NCBI GenBank assembly: GCA_964016885.1
Contig: OZ024741.1
Span: 307,148,001 to 307,212,000, forward strand
DNA: 64,000 nucleotides
Origin: Eledone cirrhosa
Taxonomy: Eukaryota
Reading direction: 5' to 3'
The notes beneath the pieces are model-generated. The model was given only the letters and a program-made list of their open reading frames with translations. It had not been told where the DNA came from and made no database searches. Made by a program: the position numbers and the translations under genes. Positions 26,585 through 40,827 of this stretch are shown here, piece by piece. Each line of letters opens with the position of its first letter. Position 1 is the stretch's first letter.

Positions 26585-26838
26585 AGAGATTTTGAGTTTA
26601 TGTTGGTTGTATACTAACACCTCAGTATGCAGGCTGATTCCAGTTCCTCAGTGAAATAACAACCCAACCAGGAACTGGGCATATCAGAGTATTGACAATA
26701 TTATACACCTCAACAACATATGTACTTGTCTATACCATACTAATTCAAACAGCCTGAAGAGGTCACAGCCAATATATATAGCAGTAATAAACCAAGCTAA
26801 ATTTTAAACATTTGACTTTTTATTTAACTTTATTTTAT
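26585..26838 (+). mobile_element. pLTR relic with a partly deleted HHR and an inverted tail piece
   Basis: 26737-26838 matches 40952-41070; 26585-26636 is the reverse complement of 41119-41168. Confidence 0.7.
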
Positions 26839-27008
26839 ATATACATATATATATACATATATATATATAAATATATATATAAATATATATATATATATAC
26901 ATATATATATAAATATATATATATACATATATAAATATATATATATATATATATAAATATATATATACATATATATAAAAATATATATACATATATATAT
27001 ATGTATAG

Positions 27009-27041
<33 letters not shown>

Positions 27042-27148
27042 CATAAATATATATATATATATACATATATACATATATATGTATATATATACATACATAT
27101 ATATATATATATATACGTATATATATATATATACGTATATATATATAC

Positions 27149-27179
<31 letters not shown>

Positions 27180-27214
27180 CATATATATATATACATACAT
27201 ATATATATATATAC

Positions 27215-27249
<35 letters not shown>

Positions 27250-27290
27250 CATATATATACATATATATATATACATATATATATATGTAC

Positions 27291-27321
<31 letters not shown>

Positions 27322-27636
27322 CATATATATATATACATATATATATATATACATATATATATATATTTACATATATATATATACATATATATATATATTT
27401 ACATATATATATATACATTATATATATATTTACATATATATATATACATATATTTACATATATATATATATATTTACATATATATATATATACATATATA
27501 TATATACATATATATATATACATATATATATATATACATATATATATACATATATATATATATACACATATATATACATATATATATATGTATATATATA
27601 TACATATATATATATATACATATATATATAATAACA

Positions 27637-27690
<54 letters not shown>

Positions 27691-27729
27691 CATATATATA
27701 CATATATATACATATATATATATATACAC

Positions 27730-27776
<47 letters not shown>

Positions 27777-28052
27777 CATATATATATATATTTACATATA
27801 TATATATACATATATATATACATATATATATACATATATATATACATATATATATACATATACATATATATATATATACATATATATATACATATATATA
27901 TATACATATATACATATACACATATATATATACACATATATATATACATATATATATATATATTTACATATATATATATACATATATATATATATACATA
28001 TATATATACATATATATATATACATATATATATATACATATATATATACATA
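26839..28052. repeat. Interrupted (TA)n microsatellite
   Basis: Direct reading. Confidence 0.97.
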
Positions 28053-28244
28053 TAAATTAATAAAATAATGAAGAAACAAAGAAACAGTTCCTTATTAAAA
28101 AAATTCATCATTTTACGATCGTTTCTAGGATATATATGTGTTAGAGTTGGTATGCATATTCTATAGATCTATGTACAATATTTATACAAACTATCAGAGG
28201 GAATATACATACCTACACATATATATGCTGTCTTCAGAAATAAT

Positions 28245-28429
28245 TGTTTCTACTTTTAGGCACAAGGCCAGCAATTACCCAGTGTATTACTGGTACTTTA
28301 TTTTATCGACCCTGTAAGGATGAAAGGCAAAGTCAACCTCGGCGGGATTTGAACTCAGATCGTAAAGGGACGTAACTATGCTGGAAAGCATGGCGTCCGA
28401 CTCTCTACCGATACTGCCAATCCACCGCC
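28245..28429 (-). mobile_element. tRNA-derived SINE with a 13-bp TSD
   Basis: Minus strand GGCGGTGGATTGGCAGTATCGG (A box)...GAGTTCAAATCC (B box); TSD CTTCAGAAATAAT at 28232-28244 and 28430-28442; resembles octopus SINEs from memory. Confidence 0.88.
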
Positions 28430-28639
28430 CTTCAGAAATAATGATATTTGTTTATTGATAAAGACAAAGATTCAATACAATAGGTCTGTTTGGGAACAGG
28501 TTTTGAATTGACCAATCAGGAGATAGTGAGGGTCAAGATAGTAATATATGACCCTCACTATCTCCTGATTGGTCAATTAAAAGCCTGTTCCCAAACAGAC
28601 CTATTGTATTGAATTTTTGTCTTTATCAATAAACAAATA

Positions 28640-28783
28640 TCATTATTTCTGAAGACAGCATATATATGTGTAGGTATGTATATTCCCTCTGATAGTTTGT
28701 ATAAATATTGTACATAGATCTATAGAATATGCATACCAACTCTAACACACATATATATCCTAGAAACGATCGTAAAATGATGA
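28640..28783 (+). ncRNA. Type I HHR with a 107-nt helix II domain
   Basis: TCATTATTT-CTGAAGA-[107 nt]-GAAA-CGATCG-TA-AAATGATGA; 9-bp helix I; the insert pairs ATATATATGTGT/ACACATATATAT and GGTATGTATATTC/GAATATGCATACC. Confidence 0.75.
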
Positions 28784-28965
28784 ATTTTTTTAATATAAGG
28801 AACTGTTTCTCTGTTTATTCATTATTTTATTAATTTATCTTGACTCTGTTTTCCGTTCATTTTTCACCGAAAGTAGTTTTTGAATGCATCTTCTCTTTTC
28901 ATGATATCCGGATTACATTGAGTTCTTCATACGGATTGGACACTACCGTAAACTTTTGGTAGATT

Positions 28966-28978
28966 TATCTATATATAC

Positions 28979-29013
<35 letters not shown>

Positions 29014-29048
29014 CATATATATATGTACATATACATATATACATATAC

Positions 29049-29081
<33 letters not shown>

Positions 29082-29342
29082 CATATACATATATATATAT
29101 ACATATATATACATATACATATATATATATACATATACATATATATATACATATATATATATATACATATATATATACATATATATATACATATATATAT
29201 ACATATATATATATACATATATATACATATATATATACATATATATATATATACATACATATATATATACATATATATATATACATATATATATACATAT
29301 ATATATATATACAAATATATATATATACATATATATATACAT

Positions 29343-29375
<33 letters not shown>

Positions 29376-29588
29376 TATATACATATACATATACATATAT
29401 ATACATATATATATATACATATATATATATATACATATACATATATATATATACATATACATATATATATATATATACATATATATATACATATATATAT
29501 ACATATATATATACATATATATATACATATATATATACATATATATATACATATATATATACATATATATATAAACATATATATATAC

Positions 29589-29619
<31 letters not shown>

Positions 29620-29703
29620 CATATATATATACATATATATATAATAACATATATATATATACATATATATATATATACATATATATATATACATATATAT
29701 ACA

Positions 29704-29735
<32 letters not shown>

Positions 29736-29947
29736 CACATATATATATACATATATATATATATACATATATATACGTAGTTAAGAAAGCCACAACAATG
29801 CAGAGGGAAATCTCGAGGTAGGAAGTGAATTTCCCTCTGTGAATTTCCCTCTGCATTGTTGTGGCTTTCTTAACTACGTATTTTACACATTTCACAATGC
29901 TTCAAGCAAACTTTAACACCCTCTTATCAATACATATATATATATAC

Positions 29948-29979
<32 letters not shown>

Positions 29980-30183
29980 GTATACATATATATATATACA
30001 TATATATATATACATATATATATACATATATATATATACACATATATATATATACACATATATATATATACATATATATATATATTTACATATATATATA
30101 CATATATATATACATATATATATACATATATATATATATATACATATATATATACATATATATATATACATATATATATATAC

Positions 30184-30220
<37 letters not shown>

Positions 30221-30333
30221 CATATATATACATATATATACATATATATATACATATATATATATACATATATATATACATATATATACATATATATATA
30301 CATATATATATACATATATATATTTATATATAC

Positions 30334-30382
<49 letters not shown>

Positions 30383-30442
30383 CATATACATATATACATA
30401 TATATATATACATATATATATATACATATACATATATATATA

Positions 30443-30488
<46 letters not shown>

Positions 30489-30495
30489 CATATAC

Positions 30496-30526
<31 letters not shown>

Positions 30527-30682
30527 CATATATATATACATATATATACATATTTATATACATATATATACATATATATATACATATATATACATATATA
30601 CATATATATATACATATATATATACATATATATATACATATATATATATACACATATATATACATATATATATATACATATT

Positions 30683-30761
<79 letters not shown>

Positions 30762-30780
30762 ATATATACATCTATATATT
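28966..30780. repeat. Interrupted (TA)n microsatellite containing a small fold-back (29774-29925) from the 3' end of the PLE at 42405-44440
   Basis: 29774-29925 matches 42405-42505 in both orientations. Confidence 0.9.
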
Positions 30781-31955
30781 CATTCGCTAAAATATTTTAG
30801 ATATTAAAACCCTATAGCATTTATAATATATTTTTAATATTGGGCATCTTTAAGTTTCGCAAACAATTCATTTTCTTTTATTTGTATATTTCTTTTATTT
30901 GTATATTTATTTTGTATCTAGCTCCTATCATTAGGACTCATATAGTTTTGACATATCTTTATAGTATATATCAACTAAATGAAAATAATTGATATAAAAC
31001 ATTAATTCTTTGGCAATATTTTTGGCAATACTTTTAACAATATTTTTTAACGATATATATATTTTTGAACAATATTTTCAGTAACTTATTTACTATATTG
31101 CATTATGTATAATATTAGATATATTTGAAAGGTATCACCTCAATTATAAACAAATAATAAACTATAATCTTTGTATTTTTTTATCAACACATATATATCA
31201 TTAAAAATTCGGACTTCTTTAAATTTAGTTATAAGGCCAGTTGATACTTTAGGCACTCAAACTATTTAACAATAAATTCTTTAATAATTATAAATATAAT
31301 TATTTTATAAATTATATTATATAAACTGTTGTCAATATTATAAATAATTTTGGTAAAGATTACCATCGTGAAGATATAAAAGCATTATATATATATTTTC
31401 TTTCTCGTGTTTCGTAAATCCTTTAAATTTGATTTCATAAAATTTGAATTTTAGAAATTAAACATAATTATAATATTAATACAAATACCTATTAACTTTT
31501 AAAACCTAAAATATTATTCATTACTCTGAAATAACTTAAATTAAATATTTTGAAAATTAACCGCCAACTATATTAATTTAGACATGTGTTGCATATATGG
31601 AAATCTGTATATAAACTAGAACATAAATTACTCCACTTTGTCTCTCTCTCTCTCTCTTTAATCATCTTTCATCTGTTTTTTCCAGCCACCTACTAAATAT
31701 ATCGCGTCAGCTGTTTCTTCCTCTATGCTTTCCTTTCCCTCCACTTTCTCCAGTAGTTTAAAAAAAAAAATTATAACTTTTATATTGATGCCATGTATCT
31801 CTTAAGCTCTATTACACACACCCTCTCTATTGTTTGTATTATGTTATCTCATGTTATCAATATTAGGGTATAAATATTGAGTTTTGTCATAAGTTAATCA
31901 CTACCATGACTGAATCTTAACCATCTACTATGTCAGGGTATGTCATGCATCATCT

Positions 31956-32022
31956 TATTTTATCTGCTGAGGACGTACTGTTGAACTTAACTCAGTACCT
32001 CTGAAATATGTATAATAAAATA
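31956..32022 (+). ncRNA. Orphan hammerhead-like motif (A6C)
   Basis: TATTTTAT-CTGCTGA-GGACGTACTG..CAGTACCTCT-GAAA-TATGTA-TA-ATAAAATA; perfect 8-bp helix I. Confidence 0.65.
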
Positions 32023-32107
32023 TAATTGATCACAAGAATATCTATTTTGTTAATATTTTGAATTAATATTATATATATATGTATATATACATTATATATA
32101 TATATAT

Positions 32108-33772
32108 TACGTAGACGATATCAATATAGTTATAAGAACATCCCCACTAGAGAGCACTAACAAGTTTCATTTAGAACGTAGCACAATGGAAAGCATCCAG
32201 CAGATAGCTAATTCCATACACCAGAGTATAACTGTAACTATCCACTACCCTTCCAAACACTCTAACAATAGACTACCTGTATTAGACACAGAACTCTGGA
32301 TTAACACTATAGACGAGAGAGCCCAAATTCTCCACTCACACTATGCTAAACCCATGGCCTCCAAATACCTGATACTCAAAAACTCAGCAATGTCCAGTAG
32401 TGCTAAGTTTAATATTCTGATCGCAGATTTGGTACGAGTGATGAAGAATGTGTCCCGCATGTGCGACCCAACAGAAATGGAAAGACACATCCAACACTTC
32501 ATCAACCGCATGCAGTTCTCTGGCTACAACCAAAGAGACAGAGTCAGAGTATACGAAGGAGCCATGGAGAAATATAAGACCCTCATAGAACTGGACATGA
32601 AAGGAATTTGCCCATAATACAGGAGCAAATCCTGGAAGAGCTTAGATAGGGCTAGACATAAGATAGGGAAAGCCACCTCATGGTACGACAACCAGAGATA
32701 CCAGAGGGTCATGTTTGTGGATGCTACTCCTGGAGGGAAATTAGCTAACCAGTGTAGAAAGGCCCTGAGAAAGACCCACTTAAAGATTAAGGTTGTAGAA
32801 AAGCCAGGAACCACGATAAAATCCCTGATCAGCAAAACCTACCCTTTTAAGAAAATCCACTGTACTAATAGGAAATGTATCATATGTAAGGTTAACCCCC
32901 GGATAAACTGTAAAACTAGAAACGTAGTCTATAGCATAAGATGTACAGAGGGTACTTGCAGAAACATGACAACAACATACACAGGCGAGACAGCTCGTAG
33001 CATAGATGAAAGGATAGACCAACACTGGGGGGAACTAAAAGGTCGAAAAAACGGGTCAGTACTATACGAACATGCCAGACAACAACTCGACGGTAACATA
33101 GACAACATAGAAATTAGAATAATATCTAAACATAGAAATGACTCAGCAGATAGGCAAATCAGAGAGGCCAGTGAAATAGAACTTAGCAGGCCAAGACTAA
33201 ACAGAAATAATGAATGGAATAACAACACCCAAACAAGCAACACTGACCTAAGAGAAGTATAAATAAATAAATAAATAGATAAATAAATAAATAAATACAT
33301 ACACAAGCACAATAACAACAAACACATATAAACACACACTAGTAAACATAGAATACATTAACCAATACACAGTCACCCAATCACGATCACACATCAAACA
33401 AAACACTATACACACACGCAAACGCATGCGCAAAGACAAAATAAAATAAACAAACAAACAAATAAATAAATATATAAACAGACTAAATAAAGATGGCGTA
33501 GAAATACAATGCAACGGGAGGAATCTATAGCACCACTGACGATGTTGCAGATGTGCAACTTAAGAACTTTGATAAACTATATATATGTGTTTGTGTCTAT
33601 ATTGTATATGTATTAATTTTGACCGTTGGTCAGTCAATGGCAACATTGAGGACCGAATAAATTAGATTACCGATATAAAGGACACAGAAGCGAAAACCAA
33701 CCAAACAGTGAGTGTGTTCTGTTATTAATTCTGGCAATATTACACAAATATGACCCTCCCCAAGTATAACAA
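32108..33772 (+). mobile_element. PLE of the insertion-bearing family, truncated at RT motif C, with C-terminal GIY-YIG
   Basis: YVDDINIV, YPSKHSNNRLPVLD, HYAKPMAS, RMQFSGY, CTNRKCIIC, VVYSIRC..C..YTGETARS; degenerate HHR near 33536. Confidence 0.85.
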
Positions 33773-33809
33773 TATATATACATATATATATACATATATA
33801 TATATATAT

Positions 33810-36657
33810 GTTAGTAAATCCATCTTGGATAGAATTATCCAACACGTTCGTTCTAATTGCTCTATTTCTAACTTAAATTTATGGATTGGTACATCTGATG
33901 TAATTAACTGGTTCAATGACCTGAATAATACAAACAAACAAAAATGTATTCAGTTTGACATTGCCAGTTACTATTCTTCTATTTCGCCTTCACTCCTCAA
34001 CAACGCTCTATCTTTCGCATTTAAATATGAACTTTACATCATTCTCACCGCAAGAAAAACTATCCTGGAATTCAACAACGAATATTGGACTAGAGCTGAT
34101 ACTTCCAACAATTTTGATATCACAATGGGTTCGTCGGATTCAGCGCAATTAGCGGACTTGATTGGAATCTTTAAATCGGAAAATTCCTCAACTTCGCGGT
34201 GGAATGTATCGTGACGATGCCCTTTTTACTGTCTTAAACTGTAACTTAGTTAACCTTAATACTAGTAAAAATAATATACTTGATCTATTTAAGCACCATA
34301 ACCTAAAAATTGAAACAACGTCAAACTAGCTAACTTCCTGGATATATCCCTTAATCTTGACACCGGCCTATATTACCCTTACCATAAAGACAATGAGAAT
34401 CTAAACTATGTTAATTTTAAATCTAACCACCCCATTAATGTTAAAAATGCTATAGTCAGTAATGTTGAAAAAATAATCTCAAATCTATCCTCTAATAAAG
34501 TTATCTTGACGCTAATGCCAATTATTATAATATTGCGCTTTCCAAAGCCGGTTATCCTGACAAAATTAAATACAGTAAAGAAAGCAATCATCGAAGGACT
34601 TGTAGTAAAATAGTTAGTTATAAACATTCCAATAACCTAAATAAAAGACCTAGATACAAAAATGATTTGGTACAACGCTCTTTTTCTCTATCTATTACTA
34701 GTAATATTCCTAAACTATTTTTAGGGCCTTAGATAAATGCTTCCCTCCCTCGCATATCTATAGTAAGATCTTTAACAAACATACAATCAAATTTTCTTAT
34801 TCCACCACTTCCAACATCTAAACATAATAATAAAATATTAAATAATAAATTATATTCATCCAACACTGAGCGTCATAATAATAGCAATAGTAAACCCGAC
34901 GTCAATGTTAACTCTAGGCTAGATTCAGTAAATTTAAATACGATGTCAAACGTAACTTTGTCGAATGTTCATAACAACAATCTAAATCAGGAAACTTTAG
35001 CACCTATCGTAAATAACTTCTCCAATCCAATTCCTTCAATAAATAATACTAGGTCACTTGTTAATAACTCTGGTAATTTCTCTAATCGTAATTGTAATTG
35101 TCCTGTTAGAACTAAATGTCCTCTTAATAACCAATGTCTTGATAAACATTTGGTGTATGAATGTAAGGTTATAACTGGTACTAATTCTTTTACCTATTTC
35201 GGTTCTACTTCCACTTCCTTTAAAGCAAGATTTTATAATCACAATTCGTCTTTTAAATACCAACTTAAAAGAACTAACACGGCACTCTCAGAACTCATAT
35301 GGTCCTTAAAGGACAAAAATATTAACTACAACATTTCTTGGAGGAAGGTTTGCAACGCCTCTCCTTACCGTATTTCATCCCTATCTAGAACATGTAATCT
35401 CTGCCTAGCCGAGAAATTTACCATTATCTCTAATTTTAATTCTATAATAAATAGACGTACGGATTTATTTTCGTTCTGCTTGCATAAATCCCATAGAACT
35501 TTCCATAAAGTATACAGCTAATATCTCACCACCTAATTAGTTTAAAATCTTTTTTTCTCAAACGCTTTTATATCTTTTACAAATATACCCATCTTTCTAC
35601 CTTATTTCAGTATATTATATTATACAATTTACCCATTCTATGTCGTTAGCGGTCGCCTTTTTTTCTTCTTTTTTATCCATTTTCCTTTTTTCCTTTTTTC
35701 TTTTTTAATTTCCAATCTTAAATCTGTAACTTTTACTTCTCAATTACTTCTTAACTCATATTATTACTCAGTAATGCACTGGGTAATTGCTGGCCTTGTG
35801 CCTAAAGTAGAGACAATTATTACTCACTATAGCATTTTACTTATATTCTTGGCCATACAAACTATATTTTTAATATATACTAATATTACCACTAGTAAAT
35901 TTTGTAAACATATTTTTTTTTTTGACGTTATATATTTTTTCTTCCTTAAATTTTCTTCTTTATTCTCCCCTTCCGTGCTCGAATTAAACCTATTATTTAC
36001 TTTTTCATTTTACAATAAATAGAAACAAACTCTAACTAATTCCTCTAAGTTCATAATTCACTTAATCTCTTCTTCATTCAACTTATCTCCTTAATATTTT
36101 AATTTTAATAATACATATTAATAAATTCCTTTTCGCACATATTATTAAACTCTTCAATATATAAACCTTAAATAAATACTATTCTTAATTCCTTTTTCTT
36201 TAATCATAAACATCACCATTCATAAATCTCATTAACTTTTAGTTTCAAAATTTTTAAAATTATGTATTATCTTAAAACGGTTTTTTTAATTTCTCTCTGT
36301 GAGACAGTGTTTCTCAGTATTAAAGGCTATCGCTCTCTCTCTCTCTCACTCATTTCTCCCCCTAGCACATCCTTCCTTCTTATACTCCTCCCCCGTCTTC
36401 CTTTATTTTCTTTCTTCCTCCTCCTTACCATTTCCTTCCCCCTTCCTTCTTTTTTTCCCAATCTCATATATCCATCTTATTTTATCTTTCATATGTAGAT
36501 TTAACACTTTCCTGCTAGCAAGTAATTTTTAAGCTTCATATCATGTCTCCCTATTTTATCTTATGAGAACGCAACTATCATCCCATGATGATATTTGTTT
36601 CTGAAATGCGCATAATAAAATACATGGAACTCTTAACCATCTTTTGATCTTATATTA
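33810..36657 (+). mobile_element. Hydra-like PLE family B, degraded RT + endonuclease + 3' pLTR
   Basis: QFDIASYYSSI, ITMGSSDSA, MYRDD, CNCPVRTKC, LVY...YFG; mutated HHR (CTTATGA) at 36552-36622. Confidence 0.88.
35771..35815 (+). mobile_element. 3' tail fragment of the SINE, with TSD
   Basis: Matches the SINE 3' end at 28245-28290; ATTATTACTCA is repeated at 35760-35770 and 35816-35826. Confidence 0.75.
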
Positions 36658-36880
36658 CATATATATATACATATATATACATATACATATATATATACAT
36701 ATACATATATATACATATACATATATATATATACATATATACATATACATACATATATACATATACATATACATACATATATATATATACATATATATAT
36801 ACATATGTACATATACATATATACATATACATATATACATATACATATACATATATACATATATACATATACATATATAT

Positions 36881-36923
<43 letters not shown>

Positions 36924-36972
36924 TATATACATATATATATATATACATATATATATATACATATATATATAC

Positions 36973-37062
<90 letters not shown>

Positions 37063-37065
<3 letters not shown>

Positions 37066-37738
37066 ACGAAGGAAATGTGGTCAGGAACCAGGTGGACCAT
37101 AACGCACCAAAGTACTCAATACGTAGGGTAGTAGTGTGGGTAATAGGAACAAGTAAGACCTCGACGGCTGAGCTCAAGCCGTTTCGACGGCTAATTCTGG
37201 ACTGAATGAAAATTTATTCTGGTATTTAAATAGCCGAGCTTATCAAGGGGTAATTCCATATATGGTCAAAAAGATAATCACCAGGATTGGTCACATCACA
37301 AGTTAGTAGTAAATCTGTAATGGCAAATTGGTGGGGGAAGGGGTAGCTAAACCTGCCAGTAGGAGAAAAAGGGAGAGGGGGTGGAATAGACCTATTCATG
37401 CGTTGGTAGTGCCGGCTACAGCTCTGCGTGAGGTCAAAGAGGATACTGGGGAGGGGGAGGAAGTCGAAACTGTAAGTAGAACAATGAAGGGTAAAACTAT
37501 AAAAAGTACTGAGAATGAAAAAAAAAAAAAAAAAACCAAAGTCTGGTTACTAAGACTTAAGTCGCTCGCTATTGCTAGGTTAAAGAAATACATAAATGAA
37601 TAAATAAACAAATAAGTAAATAAAAGATTAGATAAATAAATTTAAAAAAAATATAATAAAGAATAAAAAAATAAATAATAATAATAAAAATAAACTAGGT
37701 GGGACGGAAATAAAGGGACCCTTATACGAGGTATAAGT
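37063..37738 (-). mobile_element. Unclassified non-coding interspersed element
   Basis: Homologous to 46024-46575 and, inverted, to 46891-47397; abuts (TA)n. Confidence 0.65.
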
Positions 37739-40300
37739 GCCTCTGTAATTTGTCTAAACATTGCGTCTTTTCTGTGTGTAGATTCTATTTTTATTTCTAT
37801 GTTCTCTAATTTACCCGCATGTTCTATTTTAGCATGTTGGTAGAGTACAGATGATTCTTTACTATCTTGAAGGTCTCGCCAGTGTTCATTTATCCGTTCC
37901 CCTATACTACGAGCTGTCTCACCTATGTACACTATATTTTTGTCTCTACATTGTCCTTCAGTACATCTTATGCTATACACTACATTTCTAGTTTTACAGT
38001 TAATATGGGGGCTTATTTTACAGGTTATACATTTCTTATCTATACAGGGGGTCTTTGGAAAGGGTATGTCTTGCTAATAAGTGTTTTTACGGAGGTACCT
38101 GGTCATTCTACTATCTTAATATTGAGTTTATGTTTATCTAGGGCCCTTCTAAATTTGTAAGCTAATTCATCTCTAGGGGTTGTATCGATGAAGATTACAC
38201 TCTGGTATTTATTGCTATCATACCATGCGTTTATTCTATTGGCCTTATTCCTAGTTCTTTCTATTCTATTCCAAAATTTGCTCCTATACAAGGGGCAGGT
38301 CCCATTTGTGTCATTATTTACCATTTTTCCCATTTGGTTCTGGCTCCTCTATACACTCTGATTCTATCTCTCTGATTGTAACCAGAGAACTGCATACGGT
38401 GGATGAAGTGTTGTATGTGTCTCTCTAGTTCTTCGGGGTTGCACATGCGGGACACGTTTCTCATCACCCGCACCAAATCCGCAATCAGTATGTTGATTTT
38501 GGTATGGTCCGAAACAGCCGAGTTTCGGTGGATCAGATGTTTGGAAGTCATGGGTTTGGCATAATGGGAATTGAGGATTTGTTTTTTGTTGTTAATGGTA
38601 TCTAACCAGAGCTCTGTGTCTAGTACAGGTAATCGATGGTTGGGGTGTTTACTTGGGTAATCTATAGTAACTCTAATACTCTGGTGGATGGAGTTAGCTA
38701 TTTGCTTTCCATTGTGTTTTTCTCTAGTTCCTGACTGTTCTCTAGTGGGGGTGTCTTAACTACGATGTTTATATCGTCAACGTAGCGGGAGTACATTATC
38801 AGGGTTAATTGTTCTTTAAGTTTAAGTTTAAGTCTACTGTCCCACCATACCATGAATAAGTTAGCTATGTCGCCTGCAATGCTAACACCAATGGCTGCTC
38901 CTTCCTCTGGGGCATATGTTTTTCCATTAAATTTGAACATATGTTCCTTAAGGGTTAGTTTTATGCTGGCCCGTACCGCATGTGCAATCATTTTCTTCAG
39001 TTCATCGTGGTTTTCGGGTGTCCGTATGGCTCTGGTCCACCTGTTCCATCTATCTGTGTGGGTTTTCTTGGCCATTGAGGTAATGGTAGGTGGTCTGCCT
39101 GTTGCTGGTCTTGTAGGGCACAGGTTGCTAAGGTCATATGTGTCTAGGTAATTATTACTATAGGTAAGTTTAATGTAGGAGTCCCAGCTCACTGGTATCA
39201 ATCCCACGGAACTCAACATTGCTCTCACTGATCATTTCTACGCATTTCTCCACAGCAAAATCCACGTCAATAGATGGATACAGGGACACAACATCCATAC
39301 TACCTATTATGCAGTTTGTTAGGTCCTAGATCGGTTACTCTCGCCGATTCTGCTGAGGAGGTCCTCCGTGCTGTCACATACATCTGGGGACATTTCAATG
39401 ATGGGGCGTATGATCAGGGAGAGGAAGTAGGACAGTCTGTAGTTACTAGCAATGTTAGCCCCACAGACTGGCCGTGTTGGTGGTCCCGTGACAGGGTCAC
39501 TGCCCGTTTTATGGTCTTTTCGAAGCCCATACAACGCCGGCACGTCATTGTTCCAGGCCTGGAAGTTGTTGGCAGTCCTTTTGTTGGGCTGCATTATATT
39601 CGTCCACATCACCATATGAGCATTGAGGGCTTTTTCTCTATCCTCATGCTCCTGTGGTGTTACCTCTCTTGTGTTAGTGATGTGGGGTTGCATTGCCTGG
39701 ATGTAGTTTGGCAGGCTGTCAACCGACATTCTGCCAGACTTGTCTGTTGGAAAGCATGCTATCTCTCCATTACGTGAGCGCTGCATGAGCTTACGCAAGC
39801 CATTTGCAGATTTTTCTCCCAGCTGATGGGCCTCCATTCTATTATGCTTCTTGCTATACTGTTCTATAATATTTCTAAGTTCGGATTTAGCTATACTAAA
39901 TTGTGCTTCTGTTTGTTCATCGACCTGCGACGGCAATTGCGTGCGTTTGTTAAATGGTAAAGTCGTGGCGTGGACTCGTCGCAGGTCGAACGACTTATCG
40001 GAGGGATTATAAAAAGTAGAGTTCCAGGCTGCTGCTTTATGTGTACTAGTGCTATTGTTATTGTTAGTTGTGTTGTTTCTATTTCTATTTCTATTTCCAT
40101 CAACAGCCTCATGGTTGTTTCTATGTCTCTCATAATTACTCCTGTCTCTTTCCACTGGCTCATTGTTATTATCTACTCTATTTTGTGTGTCTGTGTGTTC
40201 GTCTTGGTTATTTTCTTTGTCCATAGTCTCCCTTTTCCTTTTAATCCTATTACTTTCCCTTATTTCTGTGATTTCTGTGCTACAGTCATTACTTGTTTTC
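37739..40300 (-). mobile_element. Long, frameshifted PLE: RT with a large motif A-B' insertion plus C-terminal GIY-YIG
   Basis: [62 protein letters not shown]...YIGETARS. Confidence 0.88.
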
Positions 40301-40767
40301 TGTGTCTGTGTGTTTGTTAAGATTGTGGTGGTGGTGAGAGGTATTGAATATGTGTGTGTTGTTGTTGTTGATGTGTGCTGTTGTTGATGTGTGTTGTTGT
40401 TGTTGTTGTCTCCGTGTGTGTTATGATTGTTGTGTGTGTTGTTATTGTTGCTTGTGTCTGCGTGTCTGTTATATATATATATATACATATATACATACGT
40501 GCGTGTCTGTTACATATATATATACATATATACATATATATATACATATATATATATACATATATATACATATATATATACATATATAGATGTATATATA
40601 TACATATATATACATATATATACATATATATATATATACATATATATACATATATATATACATATATATTCATATATATATACATATATATATACACATA
40701 TATACATATATATACACATATATACATATATATACATATTTATATATATATACATATATATATACAC

Positions 40768-40825
<58 letters not shown>

Positions 40826-40827
40826 CC

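Larger units (their letters stand above)
28053..28965 (+). mobile_element. Fold-back pLTR pair (~290-bp arms, 14-nt spacer) plus a ~125-nt tail
   Basis: 28053-28535 (excluding the SINE) is inverted relative to 28549-28839. Confidence 0.8.

Noticed and set aside
28245-28429. tRNA gene
   Set aside because: A and B boxes are present, but there is no cloverleaf, and it has a SINE body and a TSD.
30785-31600. Ancient PLE RT relic on the minus strand
   Set aside because: Only vague motif echoes in very AT-rich DNA; not supportable by eye.
33530-33575. HHR after the 32-33 kb PLE
   Set aside because: CTGACGA and helix II are present, but GAAA and helix I are lost.
37739-40300. Selenocysteine read-through as in Naiad PLEs
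   Set aside because: The interruptions I traced are frameshifts or TAA/TAG stops, not in-frame TGA at Cys positions.
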